NCBI GenBank assembly: GCA_964016885.1
Contig: OZ024745.1
Coordinates: forward strand, 91,016,001-91,080,000
DNA: 64,000 bases
Origin: Eledone cirrhosa
Taxonomy: Eukaryota
Direction of reading: 5' to 3'
Shown here piece by piece: positions 51,613 through 64,000 of the stretch (position 1 is the stretch's first letter; every line of letters begins with the position of its first letter). The translations under genes were made by a program, and so were the position numbers. The notes under the pieces were generated by a model. The model did no database searches. It was not told where the DNA came from and worked only from the letters and a program-made list of their open reading frames with translations.

Positions 51613-52024
51613 TATCTATTTGTTTATCTTGCTTTTACTGGATGCTCTCAATTGATGGCTGTGTATATCCCAAGTTTTAGAATACATTCTCTGTTTCCTT
51701 GTGTTGTAAGAGGCATCAGCAATGGTATTAGACTGTAAAACATTTTCTCAAAACATCACTCCAATTCATTCAACCCATTTCAGCATGGAAAAGTGGTTGT
51801 AATGATGATGACAATGATGGCTCCACTCAGAAGACATATTACTGATTCATTCTAGTAAACCTTTATCTGTTTTTAACTCTGGGGTGAAGATGTCTTTCGT
51901 GAAATGACAAACAACAGTTGTGAGTGGTCATAACTTACTAGTGTAACTATAGAAAAACAGTTAAAATGTTTGGGATGTATTATTTGGTCTCACTATCTTC
52001 CATTTAATATCCTCTCATATATCT

Positions 52025-53340
52025 CTCATGGCTCCGACAACTCCAGACCCTCACGAGCCGACTGGGCTTGATCGACAGCCACCCAGCTCTCTTTCTGTTG
52101 AGGAACTGCTTCGCCATGCCAAATCTCCTCTATACAGCACTCCGTGCTACACCCACGCATCTGTCCTTGCTGACCTCGATACTTGTATCCGAGCAGCAGT
52201 CGAGGAGATATGCAACATCAAGTTTGATGACATTGGATGGCAACAGGCCACTTTACCTGTCAGATATGACGGCCTTGGCCTCCAGTCCCTGATCTTCCTG
52301 GCTTTGCCGGCGTTTTTTTCGTTGGTAACCTCATGCCGCATCCTCATCATCAGGGTTCTCCAAAACACAATGAAACCCTCTGTGATCAGGGAACATGAGG
52401 CCGCCTATGAGACGTGGGACTGGCTGGGACTTAGCCCAGTAGATATCCCTCCTCCTCTTCCTCCCACTGACGTCAAGTACCCCTCAAAGCATTTTGGATG
52501 CCATCCGGTGCAGCCTGGCCTCAGACAGGCTCATGCGACAGCTCTACCAGCACCGCCTTGCCTATTTTTGTGCAGCCTCCAAACCCCACAGTGGTGCCTG
52601 GCTCCATACCTTGCCTTTCTTCTCCACTGGCACGCAGCTGGATAACTATAGCCTGCGCATCAGTGTTTCTATGAGGCTTGGGCTCCGGATCTGCAAGCCA
52701 CATAAATGTTGCTGTGGATCCACTGTGGACTCTTTCCGCCTCCACCCGTTTTCCTATCGCCACAGTGCCAGCCACCGTCCACGCCATGCTACCCTCAACG
52801 AGGTTATAAAGCATGGCATGGACGCTGCAGGCTTCCCTTCCCAGCTCGAGCCGGTGGGGCTGGACCGAGGGGACGGAAAAGGCCAGATGGTATGACCATC
52901 TTCCAGTTCCGCAGTGGCAAACCCCTCGTCTGGGATGCCACTTGCACCGACACTTTCTCCAGCTGCAACCTGGTGCAGTCTGCAACTAACCCAGGTACTG
53001 CTGCACGTCGGGCTGAGGAGACCAAACTCTCTAAGTACCGGTCACTCTCCGACAGGTTTGCGGTCATACCCTTGGCAGTGGAGACATCTGGTGTGCTCGG
53101 CCCTAAGGCCACTTCCCCACTCACCACCATAGGCGCTGAGCTGGCCAGCCGCAGGTTTGAGCCTCGCAAGTTGGAATGACTCTTCCAACGCATCTCCCTT
53201 GCCATCCTCTGGGGAAACGCCTTCTCCATTCTGTCTGCCGGGGCTGTGGGGAGACCATCAATATGATTGACTGACTCGTTATTTTATGCTTTAATTCCTT
53301 TAAATCCTCATCAACACTCCTTCACTCCCACACTCATTAA
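52025..53340 (+). mobile_element. CRE-clade (RLE endonuclease) non-LTR retrotransposon, 5'-truncated and frameshifted
   Basis: WQQATLPVRYDGLG, HSGAWL, MRLG..C..H.C.CG, RHATLN, RPDG, WDATC.DT, E..K..KY, PLAVETSG and FQRISLAIL.GNA. Confidence 0.85.
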
Positions 53341-53431
53341 GTATCACTCACTCTTCTATAACTGTACTGTGCCACTTGAGTAACAAAGGATGGCATTTCA
53401 CCTCTCCTTATTCAATCCCCTCCATTGCTAT

Positions 53432-54665
53432 TTATTACCTTACTCCTACCTCTTCTCCCTCATCACTTTACCTTACTCCTACCTCTACTCCCTCATCACT
53501 TTACCTCTACTCCCTCATCACTTTACCTTACTCCTACCTCTATTCCCTCATCACTTTACCTTACTCCTACCTCTATTCCCTCATCACTTTACCTTACTCC
53601 TACCTCTACTCCCTCATCACTTTACCTTACTCCTACCTCTACTCCCTCATCACTTTACCTTACTCCTACCTCTACTCCCTCATCACTTTACCTTACTCCT
53701 ACCTCTATTCCCTCATCACTTTACCTTACTCCTACCTCTATTCCCTCATCACTTTACCTTACTCCTACCTCTACTCCCTCATCACTTTACCTTACTCCTA
53801 CCTCTACTCCCTCATCACTTTACCTTACTCCTACCTCTACTCCCTCATCACTTTACCTTACTCCTACCTCTACTCCCTCATCACTTTACCTTACTCCTAC
53901 CTCTATTCCCTCATCACTTTACCTTACTCCTACCTCTACTCCCTCATCACTTTACCTTACTCCTACCTCTACTCCCTCATCACTTTACCTTACTCCTACC
54001 TCTACTCCCTCATCACTTTACCTTACTCCTACCTCTACTCCCTCATCACTTTACCTTACTCCTACCTCTACTCCCTCATCACTTTACCTTACTCCTACCT
54101 CTACTCCCTCATCACTTTACCTTACTCCTACCTCTACTCCCTCATCACTTTACCTTACTCCTACCTCTACTCCCTCATCACTTTACTTTACTCCTACCTC
54201 TACTCCCTCATCACTTTACCTTACTCCTACCTTTACTCCCTCATCACTTTACCTTACTCCTACCTCTATTCCCTCATCACTTTACCTTACTCCTACCTCT
54301 ACTCCCTCATCACTTTACCTTACTCCTACCTCTATTCCCTCATCACTTTACCTTACTCCTACCTCTACTCCCTCATCACTTTACTTTACTCCTACCTCTA
54401 CTCCCTCATCACTTTACCTTACTCCTACCTCTACTCCCTCATCACTTTACCTTACTCCTACCATTACTCCCTCATCACTTTACCTTACTCCTACCTCTAC
54501 TCCCTCATCACTTTACTTTACTCCTACCTCTACTCCCTCATCACTTTACCTTACTCCTACCTCTACTCCCTCATCACTTTACTTCACACCTACCTCTACT
54601 CCCTCATCACTTTACTTCACACCTACTGCTACTCTTTATCACTTTACCTCACTCCTACCTCTACT
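53432..54665. repeat. 33-bp G-free minisatellite, about 37 copies
   Basis: Unit TACTCCTACCTCTACTCCCTCATCACTTTACCT; no G on the + strand from 53428 to 54627. Confidence 0.97.
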
Positions 54666-54769
54666 GAGAGTACAAGACTTACCCCTGGACAGGCTGCCAG
54701 TCCATCATAAGGTTAAGTATAACTGATACACAACTAAATTCTGTTTAATCTGTGATTTTATATTTTCAG

Positions 54770-54854
54770 AATATCCTAGAAAGAAAGAAAAGCAAAGGAG
54801 GTTTAAAGTTTGGTCAAAATCGAAATGACAGCTTGGTCATTAGTCAGAAGCAAG
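54770..54854 (+). CDS. CCDC149: CCDC149 exon 8 (NILERKKSKGGLKFGQNRNDSLVISQKQ)
   Basis: TTTTCAG acceptor, G|GTTTGT donor in phase 1; matches NALERRK..VLSAKQV. Confidence 0.92.
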
Positions 54855-55277
54855 GTTTGTATGAAACAAAACCTTTTATTTCATCTGGATTGGCAGTATC
54901 AGTGGACTGTCGGACGCCATGCTTTGTAGCATAGGGTTACGACCCTTTACGGTGTGAGTTCAAATCCCACCAAGGTTAACTTTGCCTTTCATTCTTATGG
55001 GGTCGATAAAATAAAGCACCAGTAATGCACTGGGGTAATTGCTGGCCTTGTGCCACAATTATTATATTCTATTTAAACCTTTACAGTTAATACTTTCTTT
55101 TGCATCTCAAATATTATGTTAATTTTCTCTTATCTTCAAAATAAGGTAAGATTGTTTTTTCCCCCAATCATTTCTTAAATTGTTTTTTGGCATGATGGAA
55201 ATCTTTTTACTCCCTATATATATGTATATTAAATATATATCTGTGTGTGTGTGTGTAAATATATATATATGTATGAT

Positions 55278-55304
<27 letters not shown>

Positions 55305-55308
<4 letters not shown>

Positions 55309-56130
55309 TCATCATCATTTGACGTTCATTTTTCTACACTACCATCGGTTGGACGAGCTGTCCTGCTATGAGAGAAACCAGATCAGATGACTGTGTTTTG
55401 CTCATGCAGAACTGTTTTTGGCTTGGTTTCTATGGCTTGATGCCCTTCCTAATGTCAACTACATTTACAGTGTGGACTGGGTGCCTTTTATCGTGGCACT
55501 ATAAAGACCACTTTACAGTGGGCTGGGTGCTTTTAGTTGTGAAAGCAACACAACCACTTTACAATGTGGACTGGGCACTTTTTGTCATGACACCTACATG
55601 ACCACTATATATATATAATCATCATCATTTAAAGTAAATCTTCCATGCTTGTATGAGTTAGATGAGTTATCATGTTATGAGTCTAGTCAGGTCAGGTGAC
55701 TAGATCTTGTTCATAAAGATCTGTTTGTGTTTTGATTTTCTATGGCCCTTCCTAATATCAACCACATTACAGTGTGTACTGGGAGCTTTTTTTGTGGCAC
55801 CACCACTAACACCATACAGGGTGAACTAGGTGCCATTTTTTTGTTGTGGAACCAGCACAACCACCTTACAGTGTGGACTATGTACTTTCTGTCATGGCAC
55901 CACTATGCCCACCTTACAGGGTGGACTATGTGCTTTCTGTCATGGTGCCAGTATGACCACCTTATAGAGTGAACTGAGTGCTTTTTTGATGTGGCATCAA
56001 CATGACTACCTTTCAGGTTGGACTGGATGCTTTTTTTTCATGGCACCAGTATGACCATCTTACAGGGTGGACTGGGTGCTTTGTTTTCATGGCACTAGTA
56101 TGACCATCTTACAGGGCGGACTGGGTGTAA
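55305..56130 (-). mobile_element. RTE-tail-related short elements with a tandemly amplified ~44-bp internal unit
   Basis: ATGCCCTTCCTAA block shared with RTE 3' UTRs; repeated ACAG.GTGGACTGGGTGCTTT..CATGGCACCA.TATGACCA units. Confidence 0.7.
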
Positions 56131-56203
56131 AATTTCATGTGTTGCATAAGAAATTGTTAATTCCATGTAAAATATCGAGTTAATAATTTATCTTTCTACA
56201 TAG

Positions 56204-56342
56204 TCCAACATTTAATTGAAGATAAGAAATATACAGTTCCAAGTGTCCAGGCAATGGCAGATCTACGAGGTTTAGCTGTTGCTCTCTTGGAGACTATCAA
56301 TGACAAAAATCTGGCTTTATCTCATCAGCGGAAAACAAACAA
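56204..56342 (+). CDS. CCDC149: CCDC149 exon 9 (VQHLIEDK..ADLRGLAVALLETINDKNLALSHQRKTNK)
   Basis: TAG acceptor in phase 1, AA|GTAAAA donor in phase 2; conserved ALLETI..KN...HQR.TNK. Confidence 0.95.
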
Positions 56343-56699
56343 GTAAAATTTATTTTTTCATCTTTTATTCTTTCTTTCCATATACAACATTCTACAGGGT
56401 GGGCCAAAAATTACAAAGGAGTCTGAAATTTTGATTTTAAAAAATTAATTTTTTTTTGTTTTATATTCTTCTTTACAAATTTTTTTTTTTTTTAAATTTG
56501 GAGACTACCTGCATCAGTTGTTAGCTGCCGAGACACTGTATCCTTTAAAACCACCATGCTTCCTGAAATTCTCCAACACTACACCTGATATTCCCTCTCC
56601 ATACACATGTACACGTGTATTTCATGACTCATACACTATTCCCTTTCCTGACATCTGTACATTATTCTATGAACTATACATGCATCTTTGATTATTATT

Positions 56700-56925
56700 A
56701 TTATTATCATTATTTGTAACACTTTTGCTCTGGCAGATGTTATACCAACACTATACCAAAAGAGTGAGCCATAGACAATGGCCAAAGTTCCTTTGGGTCA
56801 GTCTTTCTCCTTCAACTTTCTAACACCCTCTTTAAAACCCTTGCTGTTCTTAGCAAGGCTGTTTTCTGTAACAATCCCGCCCTGATGGTCATTTCTAGCT
56901 TCTCAAGCCATGCATCTAACCTTTT
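56700..56925 (-). mobile_element. Dong/R4-like 3' remnant in a (TAA)n tract
   Basis: Minus strand GLLQKTALLRTARVLKRVLES*, with ATT repeats on both sides. Confidence 0.65.
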
Positions 56926-56939
56926 ATTATTATTATTAA

Positions 56940-57530
56940 TCAGACAAAATGCCTCTGCCATATCTGTTCTGGCTTTTTACGATCTGAGGTCAACTTTGCC
57001 TTTCATCCTTCCAGGGTCAATAAAATAGAGTGTCAGTAACGCACGCACTGGGGTCAATGATTTAATCCACTTTATCCTCCACCAAAATTGTTAGCCTTGT
57101 GCTTAAATCAGAAATCATTATACCTCCCTTTACGATCTGAGTTCAAATCCCGCTGAGGTTGACTTTGCCTTTCATCCTTACGGGGTCGATAAAATAAAGT
57201 ACCAGTAATACACTGGATAATTGCTGGCCTTGTGCCTAAAGTAGAAACAATTATTAATAAGGGTAGTGGATTGACAGAATCGGTAGAGCATCATACAAAA
57301 TTCCTGTGCAGTACCTGTTCTGGGAGGTCAACATTGCCTTCATCCTTCTGGGGTTGATAAAATAAAGCACCAGTCAAGTACTTTTCCCCGCTCCCCAAAT
57401 TATGGGCCTTGTGCCTGAATTACAAACCATTATTAATGAGGGTGATGGATTACTAGAATCGTTAGAATATAGGACAAGATGCCTTATGGTATTTATGTGT
57501 TCCGAGTTCTGCTATGGTCAACTTTATATA
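56940..57530 (+). mobile_element. Tandem cluster of tRNA-derived SINEs
   Basis: Three or more GCCTTTCATCCTT..GGGTC.ATAAAAT blocks arranged head-to-tail. Confidence 0.8.
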
Positions 57531-57598
57531 ACATGGACTGTTACAATTAATTGCATCTTCTGCCAAAACATAATTTCTACAGTTTTAGTTTTTCATAA

Positions 57599-58550
<952 letters not shown>

Positions 58551-59123
58551 AATAAATGTTATTGTTTATTTTGTAATTGGCACTAAACTCTCCTAGGGGT
58601 ACCACTTCTACCATGTCATAGTACTTCTTCGCTGATTCTTATCATCACAGAACAACCTCTAATTTAGCTAGTTGAACACAATGTTCTCACACTAACCCTA
58701 TTTCATTTGACCAAGACGACCAAACAATTTGTTTAGTTGATATTTTTTCAGTAATTTCCTGCAAATTCTTTTTATAATTATTTTTACTATCGTGGGCCAT
58801 TTTGTTTGACATAGCTTACAATTTTATTTACCTTAAACTTAGTTATTGATTTGCTCAGCACTGACACAGACACAACTAATCCAGGTAAGTCTTGGACTCA
58901 AGTCTTGAAATCTTAATGTTCCGTGGTATTTCATATCCAATTTTCTCCCTTCTATCTTATATTTGTTTGGGAAACTTTTTTTTTAAATATATCTGAAAAA
59001 TTTTCCTTTATATATATACACACACACACACACATACACGCACACACACGCACACACACATATACATATATAATATATATACATATATATACATATATAT
59101 ACATATATAATATATATATATAC

Positions 59124-59154
<31 letters not shown>

Positions 59155-59296
59155 ACCAAAGTTTATATGGTTCGTTGATTGTTCAACAAATATAATTTTA
59201 CAATAGATTAGAAACACTCGACAGAAATTTTTCTGGAGTATTTAATATTATTTAAAAATATTAATAAATGAAAAATATTCTCATAACCAAAATGTA

Positions 59297-59812
59297 CTAG
59301 CAGTGGTACCCGGCGTTGCACAGGATAAGATATTTTGGAACGCGGGCCGCCAACAGACCTAATCGTGGAAAAACTGCATGCCTGGACAATATGTAAAGAA
59401 AATAAACCGAATACTCTGATGGCTGGATAATCTTTAAGATTTTCCTTGATGAAGCAGGAAAAATGCAGGTTTTCACCTAATGCGGGCCCTAGGGGATCAA
59501 GAAAATAGTTTTTTTTTATGTGCATAATATGCACCTTGAAATTTCGAGAAAATCGGCTAGATGAAGAAGAAACTGGCTAATACATAGTTACAATTTCAAG
59601 GAAATTGGTCTGACGTAACGCCTCAAAAAACCCCTAAAAAGCTGAAAAACGCAGTTTTTCACCTAATGCAGGCCCTAGGGGATCAAAAAGTTGAATTTCT
59701 TTATGTGCATAACACTCCCTGAAACATAAGTAATACACATGTAAAGGTTGAAAAAAATCGGTTGGGTACTTCTCGAGTTTTAGGGATACACACACACTTT
59801 TATATATATAGA
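59297..59812 (-). mobile_element. Non-autonomous Helitron, shorter copy of the 37710 family
   Basis: Same CTAG and hairpin end, same TC start, A|T insertion site. Confidence 0.8.
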
Positions 59813-59815
59813 TTT

Positions 59816-60760
59816 TACATATTTCAAAGGTACAATGGTGTTTCAGTACGTTTTCATCAGACAAAATATATGATTGGATATGTGACATACCACCAAGGTT
59901 TTGATTATTCAATTCCTGTAGTGGTAATGATTTATTTCACCAACCCTCAACGTTTTTATACCACAAATAATAATATAAACTTAGAGAAGAGGACGTAAAG
60001 TAAGGTAGAAACATAGAAGGGGAGTTGAGAGGGAAAATGTGAAGAAAAAGAAGGGAAAAAAATAAATAAAAGAAGAAAAGGGAAGATGCAGAGAAAAAAG
60101 ATGGGGAATAAAGAATACGAAGAAAAAGAAAGGAAAGGATAAAATAGAGGGGAGAATAAGAAACCCGTTGTATTCAAATGCTAGACAAAATTCAAAATTA
60201 AAACTATGTAATTAACTTTGATTGCTATAGAAAGGAATCTATGCCTAATAATCTGGTTATAATATAAACTTATAATTAACTAAAACGTAATCCAATACAA
60301 GCGATAGTCACTGATAAATATTAGGGAAAATTTTTAATTTTTAATTTTGTCTAGCATTTGAATACAACGGGTTTCTATTTTATCCTTTCCTTTCTTTTTC
60401 TTCGTTTTCTTTATTTCCCTTCTTTTTTCTCTCTGCATCTTCCCTTTTTTTTTTCTTCTGTTTTTTATTCCCCATCTTTTCTCTCTGCATCTTCCCTTTT
60501 CTTCTTTTATTTATTTATTTCCCTTCTTTTTCTTCACATTTTCCCTCTCAACTCCCCTTCTATGTTTCTACCTTACTTTACGTCCTCTTCTCTAAGTTTA
60601 TATTATTATTTGTGGTATAAAAACGTTGAGGGTTGGTGAAATAAATCACTGCCACTACAGGAATTGAATAATCAAAACCTTGGCGGTATGTCACATATCC
60701 AATCATATATTTTGTCTGATGAAAACGTACTGAAACACCATTGTACCTTTGAAATATGTA
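59816..60760. repeat. Long inverted repeat: ~390/430-bp arms, ~130-bp spacer; probable Penelope-like inverted pseudo-LTR
   Basis: 59816-60203 is the near-identical reverse complement of 60332-60760. Homology resumes beyond the Helitron (59272-59296 versus 60771-60795). Confidence 0.92.
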
Positions 60761-60771
60761 TAATAAAATAT
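60707..60771 (+). ncRNA. Minimal type I hammerhead ribozyme motif
   Basis: Stem I ATATTTTGT, core CTGATGA, stem II AAAcGTAC-12nt-GTACcTTT, GAAA, TATGTA, TA site, stem I' ATAAAATAT. Confidence 0.72.
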
Positions 60772-60800
60772 ATATTTTGGTCATGAGAATATTTTGAATA

Positions 60801-60891
<91 letters not shown>

Positions 60892-61094
60892 AATTGCTTT
60901 TGCTTTTCTCTTTAATATGTTTGTGGAAAAACTATAAAGCACATTATGATTCTTTTATTCTTTTGATAAGAAAAATCTGGCTGGTGATGGTTTAATTACA
61001 ATTTTTGTGCATGAAAATGTAAAATTTGACTGTTTTATCAAAGTTATTGAGAATATAATGATTAAACTTTTTTTAGTTTATGAATATAAAATGT

Positions 61095-61430
61095 TCAATC
61101 CAGACAACTTAGAGCACAGCTCCCATGACTTTCAGAAACATTTTTTCATGCTCAGAGTTGCTGAAGCATGGAACAAACTACCTGCATCAGTTGTTAGCTG
61201 TCGGGACACTGCATCCTTTAAAACCTCCATGCTTCCCAAAATTCACCAACACTACACCAGATATTCCCCCTCTATACACATGCATGCATGTATCTGTGTG
61301 TATATCATGACTCACACACTGTTCACTTTCCTGACATTTGTACATTATTCTATGTACTATACATGTACCTTTGATGAGTTGTAGTGCACCTGAGCACTGT
61401 ACACAATAATTTAATTATTATTATTATTAT
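61095..61430 (+). mobile_element. CR1/L2-group LINE 3' end with (ATT)n tail; further copies at about 44950-45070 and 56500-56700
   Basis: KHFFMLRVAEAWNKLPASVV..SFK is the typical CR1-group ORF2 C-terminus; 3' UTR shared among the three copies. Confidence 0.8.
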
Positions 61431-62432
61431 TGGCAGTATCAGTAGAGGGTCGGACGCCATGGTTTCCAGCATAGTTACGTCCCTTTACGATCTGAGTTCA
61501 AATCCCGCCGAAGTTGACTTTGCCTTTCATCCTTACGGGGTCAATAAAATAAAGTACCAGTAATGCACTGGGTAATTGCTGGCCTTGTGCCTAAAGTAGA
61601 AACAATTATTATTATTATAAAAGATAATTCAGTAACCTGATTTTACAGACACTTATTAATGACTGTTATAGATTATGAAGATGATTGTATACCAGACATC
61701 TTACTAAGGACCCAGCAAGTTATAACCTATTACTAGCACTGCATTGTGTTGATGATCAATGCACATAACCCTTTCATTACCATATTTATAATAAAATATA
61801 CACTGATGTTGAATTAATTAATGAGGAATTTAGGAAAGTTATTTATCATTTCATTACTAAGATGGTATTTGTAAATTAATAAAAAAGATCTTATATAATA
61901 TTCTGCTGGAAGATTTTAATTTAAATAGGAACCTTTAAAAATGAGTGGGTTTGTGCCATAGGATTAGAAACAGTTTTAAGCAAGTGGTGCCATGAAAAGA
62001 AAAGCACCCAGTCCATCCTGTAATTGTATATATCCCACTCACTTTAACCCTTTTGTAATCAACCCAGCCAAAACTGGCTCTGGTTCTATGAAATAAAACC
62101 ACCCATTTTAAAGTTTCCAATTTATATTAAAATCTTCGAATATAATTTTATATAGGAACCTTACATCAAGTTACTATCTTAATAATGAAATAATTAATAA
62201 TTTTAGTAAACCCCTGAAAATTCATCATTAATTAATTTAAAGGGCGGTGGATTGGCAGTATCGGTAGAGGGTCGGACGCCATGCTTTGACGCATAGAGTT
62301 ACGTCCTTTGCCATTCTGAGTTCAAATCCCGCCAAGGTTAACTTTGCCTTTCATCCTTACGGGGTCGATAAAATAAAGTACCAGTAATGCACTGGGTAAT
62401 TGCTGGCCTTGTGCCAAAAGTAGAAACAATTA
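61430..62432 (+). mobile_element. Young SINE copies (61430-61618, 62243-62432); also 54886-55065 (+) and 44180-44295 (-)
   Basis: TGGCAGTATCGGTAGAG (A box-like), GAGTTCAAATCCC (B box), near-identical bodies. Confidence 0.88.
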
Positions 62433-63514
62433 ATTAATTTAAATAGAGTATATTTCATTAGAAATTCGGATAGACCAGCATTCTATCCAGAAGGAAATTT
62501 TCCCTCTCCTACTTAGCATTGCACAAAACTAGAACTAAACAATGAAAATAATTAACTTTAATATGTCACATCACAATATTCAATTACTTTTTCTCTACCA
62601 AAATATATTAGACTTCATACCTATATGACCATCAGCTCAGTGTAACTTTTGTATACTATGTTAATATCATAATAAACTACACTCAAAACCAGATATTGTA
62701 CTACTGTGTTGATGAAAAATAAACATTCTACACCAGTCATCATCACCGTTTTACATCCATTCTTCCCTGCTAGCATGGGTTAGATGAGTTGTCCTGTTGT
62801 GCGCAATGCTAGGTCAGGTGACCATGTCTTGCTCATAAAGAACTGATTCTGGCTTGGTTTCTATAGTTGGATGCCCTTCTTATAAATATACAGTTGATAT
62901 AAAGTATTTATTAAGATACAGTGAGAAAATATGTTTGCTTGTGTTTATGCATAATTTTATATATTGAGAATAAATTTCTTCAGCTTCTTGGTCAACTGGC
63001 TTAGGTTATTCTCCACAACTTCATCTCATGTCTTCCCCAGTCTCCCTCTTCCACAGGTTGTATCCACTTTTTCATACAACTCTTGTTCTCCTTATGCATC
63101 ACATGCTCATACCAGTACAGATTCCTCTTATACTAAGCTTTTCTCTCATTTTCAAACTCTATGTCATATGTGTAATAAATCATTTGGTTTGGGGGGGGGG
63201 GGTTTCTCTGCCTGGTTCAATAATTTTGGTGTTTTACTTTTCTTCCGATATCATTGTTTTGTAAATGGTTGTATATTGAAATATATTTAAATGTAAATTA
63301 ATTTGAATTTTAGTTATTTATATATGGAAGATATAGCCAATATTTAAGATCAGTTATTGCAGTCTGCTTGTAAAAAATATATTTACAACATGCAATCAAA
63401 AATGTATGTATACATATACATCCCATTTGGTTATATATATATATATGCAAGCGTGGAATATGGACGTTAAACGACGATGATGATGATATATATATATATA
63501 TATATATAAAATGT

Positions 63515-63672
63515 AAGTCAACAGGTTAAAATTAATTTTGTTTATTCATAGTCGCTGTTATACATATTTCGGTGATAACCATTATGCAACAGCTATGTTG
63601 CATAATGGTTATCACCGAAATATGTATAACAGCAACTATGAATAAACTAAGTTAATTTTAACCTGTTGACTT
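63515..63672. repeat. Palindrome: 77-bp arms, 4-nt loop, with the 3' half of the hammerhead motif
   Basis: Arms 63515-63591 and 63596-63672 with about 3 mismatches; GAAATATGTATA at 63617-63628. Confidence 0.92.
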
Positions 63673-63801
63673 CCACCTCTTATTTATAAATATACTCCAG
63701 AGTAAACAGACCCACCTGTGCACGTCATCAAGTGCATACTGAAGTGTTGGTAGTTAACCAACACATATTCAAATTAATATTATATATATATACATATATA
63801 T

Positions 63802-63910
63802 AGTTTAAGATAGAAATGGCTTCTACGGGACTAGAACTGTTTCATTCAAAAGATGATTTCTTTTGAATGAAACAGTTCTAATCCTGTAGAAGCCATTTCT
63901 ATATTAAACT
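63802..63910. repeat. Palindrome: 52-bp arms, 5-nt loop
   Basis: AGTTTAAGATAGAAATGGCTTCTAC...GTAGAAGCCATTTCTATATTAAACT around TGATT; next to (TA)n. Confidence 0.9.
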
Positions 63911-63945
63911 TGATGTTTACACTCCTCTAATGTATTGAGTACCTT

Positions 63946-64000
<55 letters not shown>

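Noticed and set aside
53376-54726. Three overlapping 425-444 aa ORFs
   Set aside because: A G-free 33-bp unit without TAA cannot contain stop codons, so all frames are open trivially.
62243-62335. tRNA genes at A/B-box motifs
   Set aside because: No cloverleaf, and each continues into a SINE body and tail.
62975-63130. Candidate further CCDC149 exon after TTCTTCAG
   Set aside because: The minus strand reads as a decayed RTE 3' segment (GRGRLGKT-like) and I see no CCDC149 similarity, though exonisation cannot be excluded.

Overview
AT-rich, repeat-dense animal genomic DNA, not prokaryotic. The repeat landscape (RTE LINEs with (GAT)n tails, many tRNA-derived SINEs, long (TA)n/(CA)n tracts) suggests a cephalopod such as Octopus; this is inference. 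Bases 1-12250 are a 32-bp satellite with irregular higher-order structure. The only clear host gene is a spliced + strand CCDC149 ortholog. I assembled 10 phase-compatible coding exons by hand (31455-57740, 348 codons, one GC-AG intron); its 3' end was not found in the window. The rest is nested mobile DNA: a young L1/Tx1-type LINE with an open 1010-aa ORF2 plus a deleted second copy, RTE LINEs with a C4HC3 PHD-like finger inside the RT, CRE and Dong/R4-type remnants, CR1-like tails, non-autonomous Helitrons, piggyBac/hAT/mariner MITEs, a solo LTR and many SINEs. The most interesting unexplained signal is a set of fold-back (palindromic) elements in (TA)n tracts. Two carry a complete minimal type I hammerhead ribozyme motif and a third carries half of one, resembling Penelope-like pseudo-LTRs or retrozymes. 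All calls are from reading the sequence; no searches were run and boundaries of degraded repeats are approximate.
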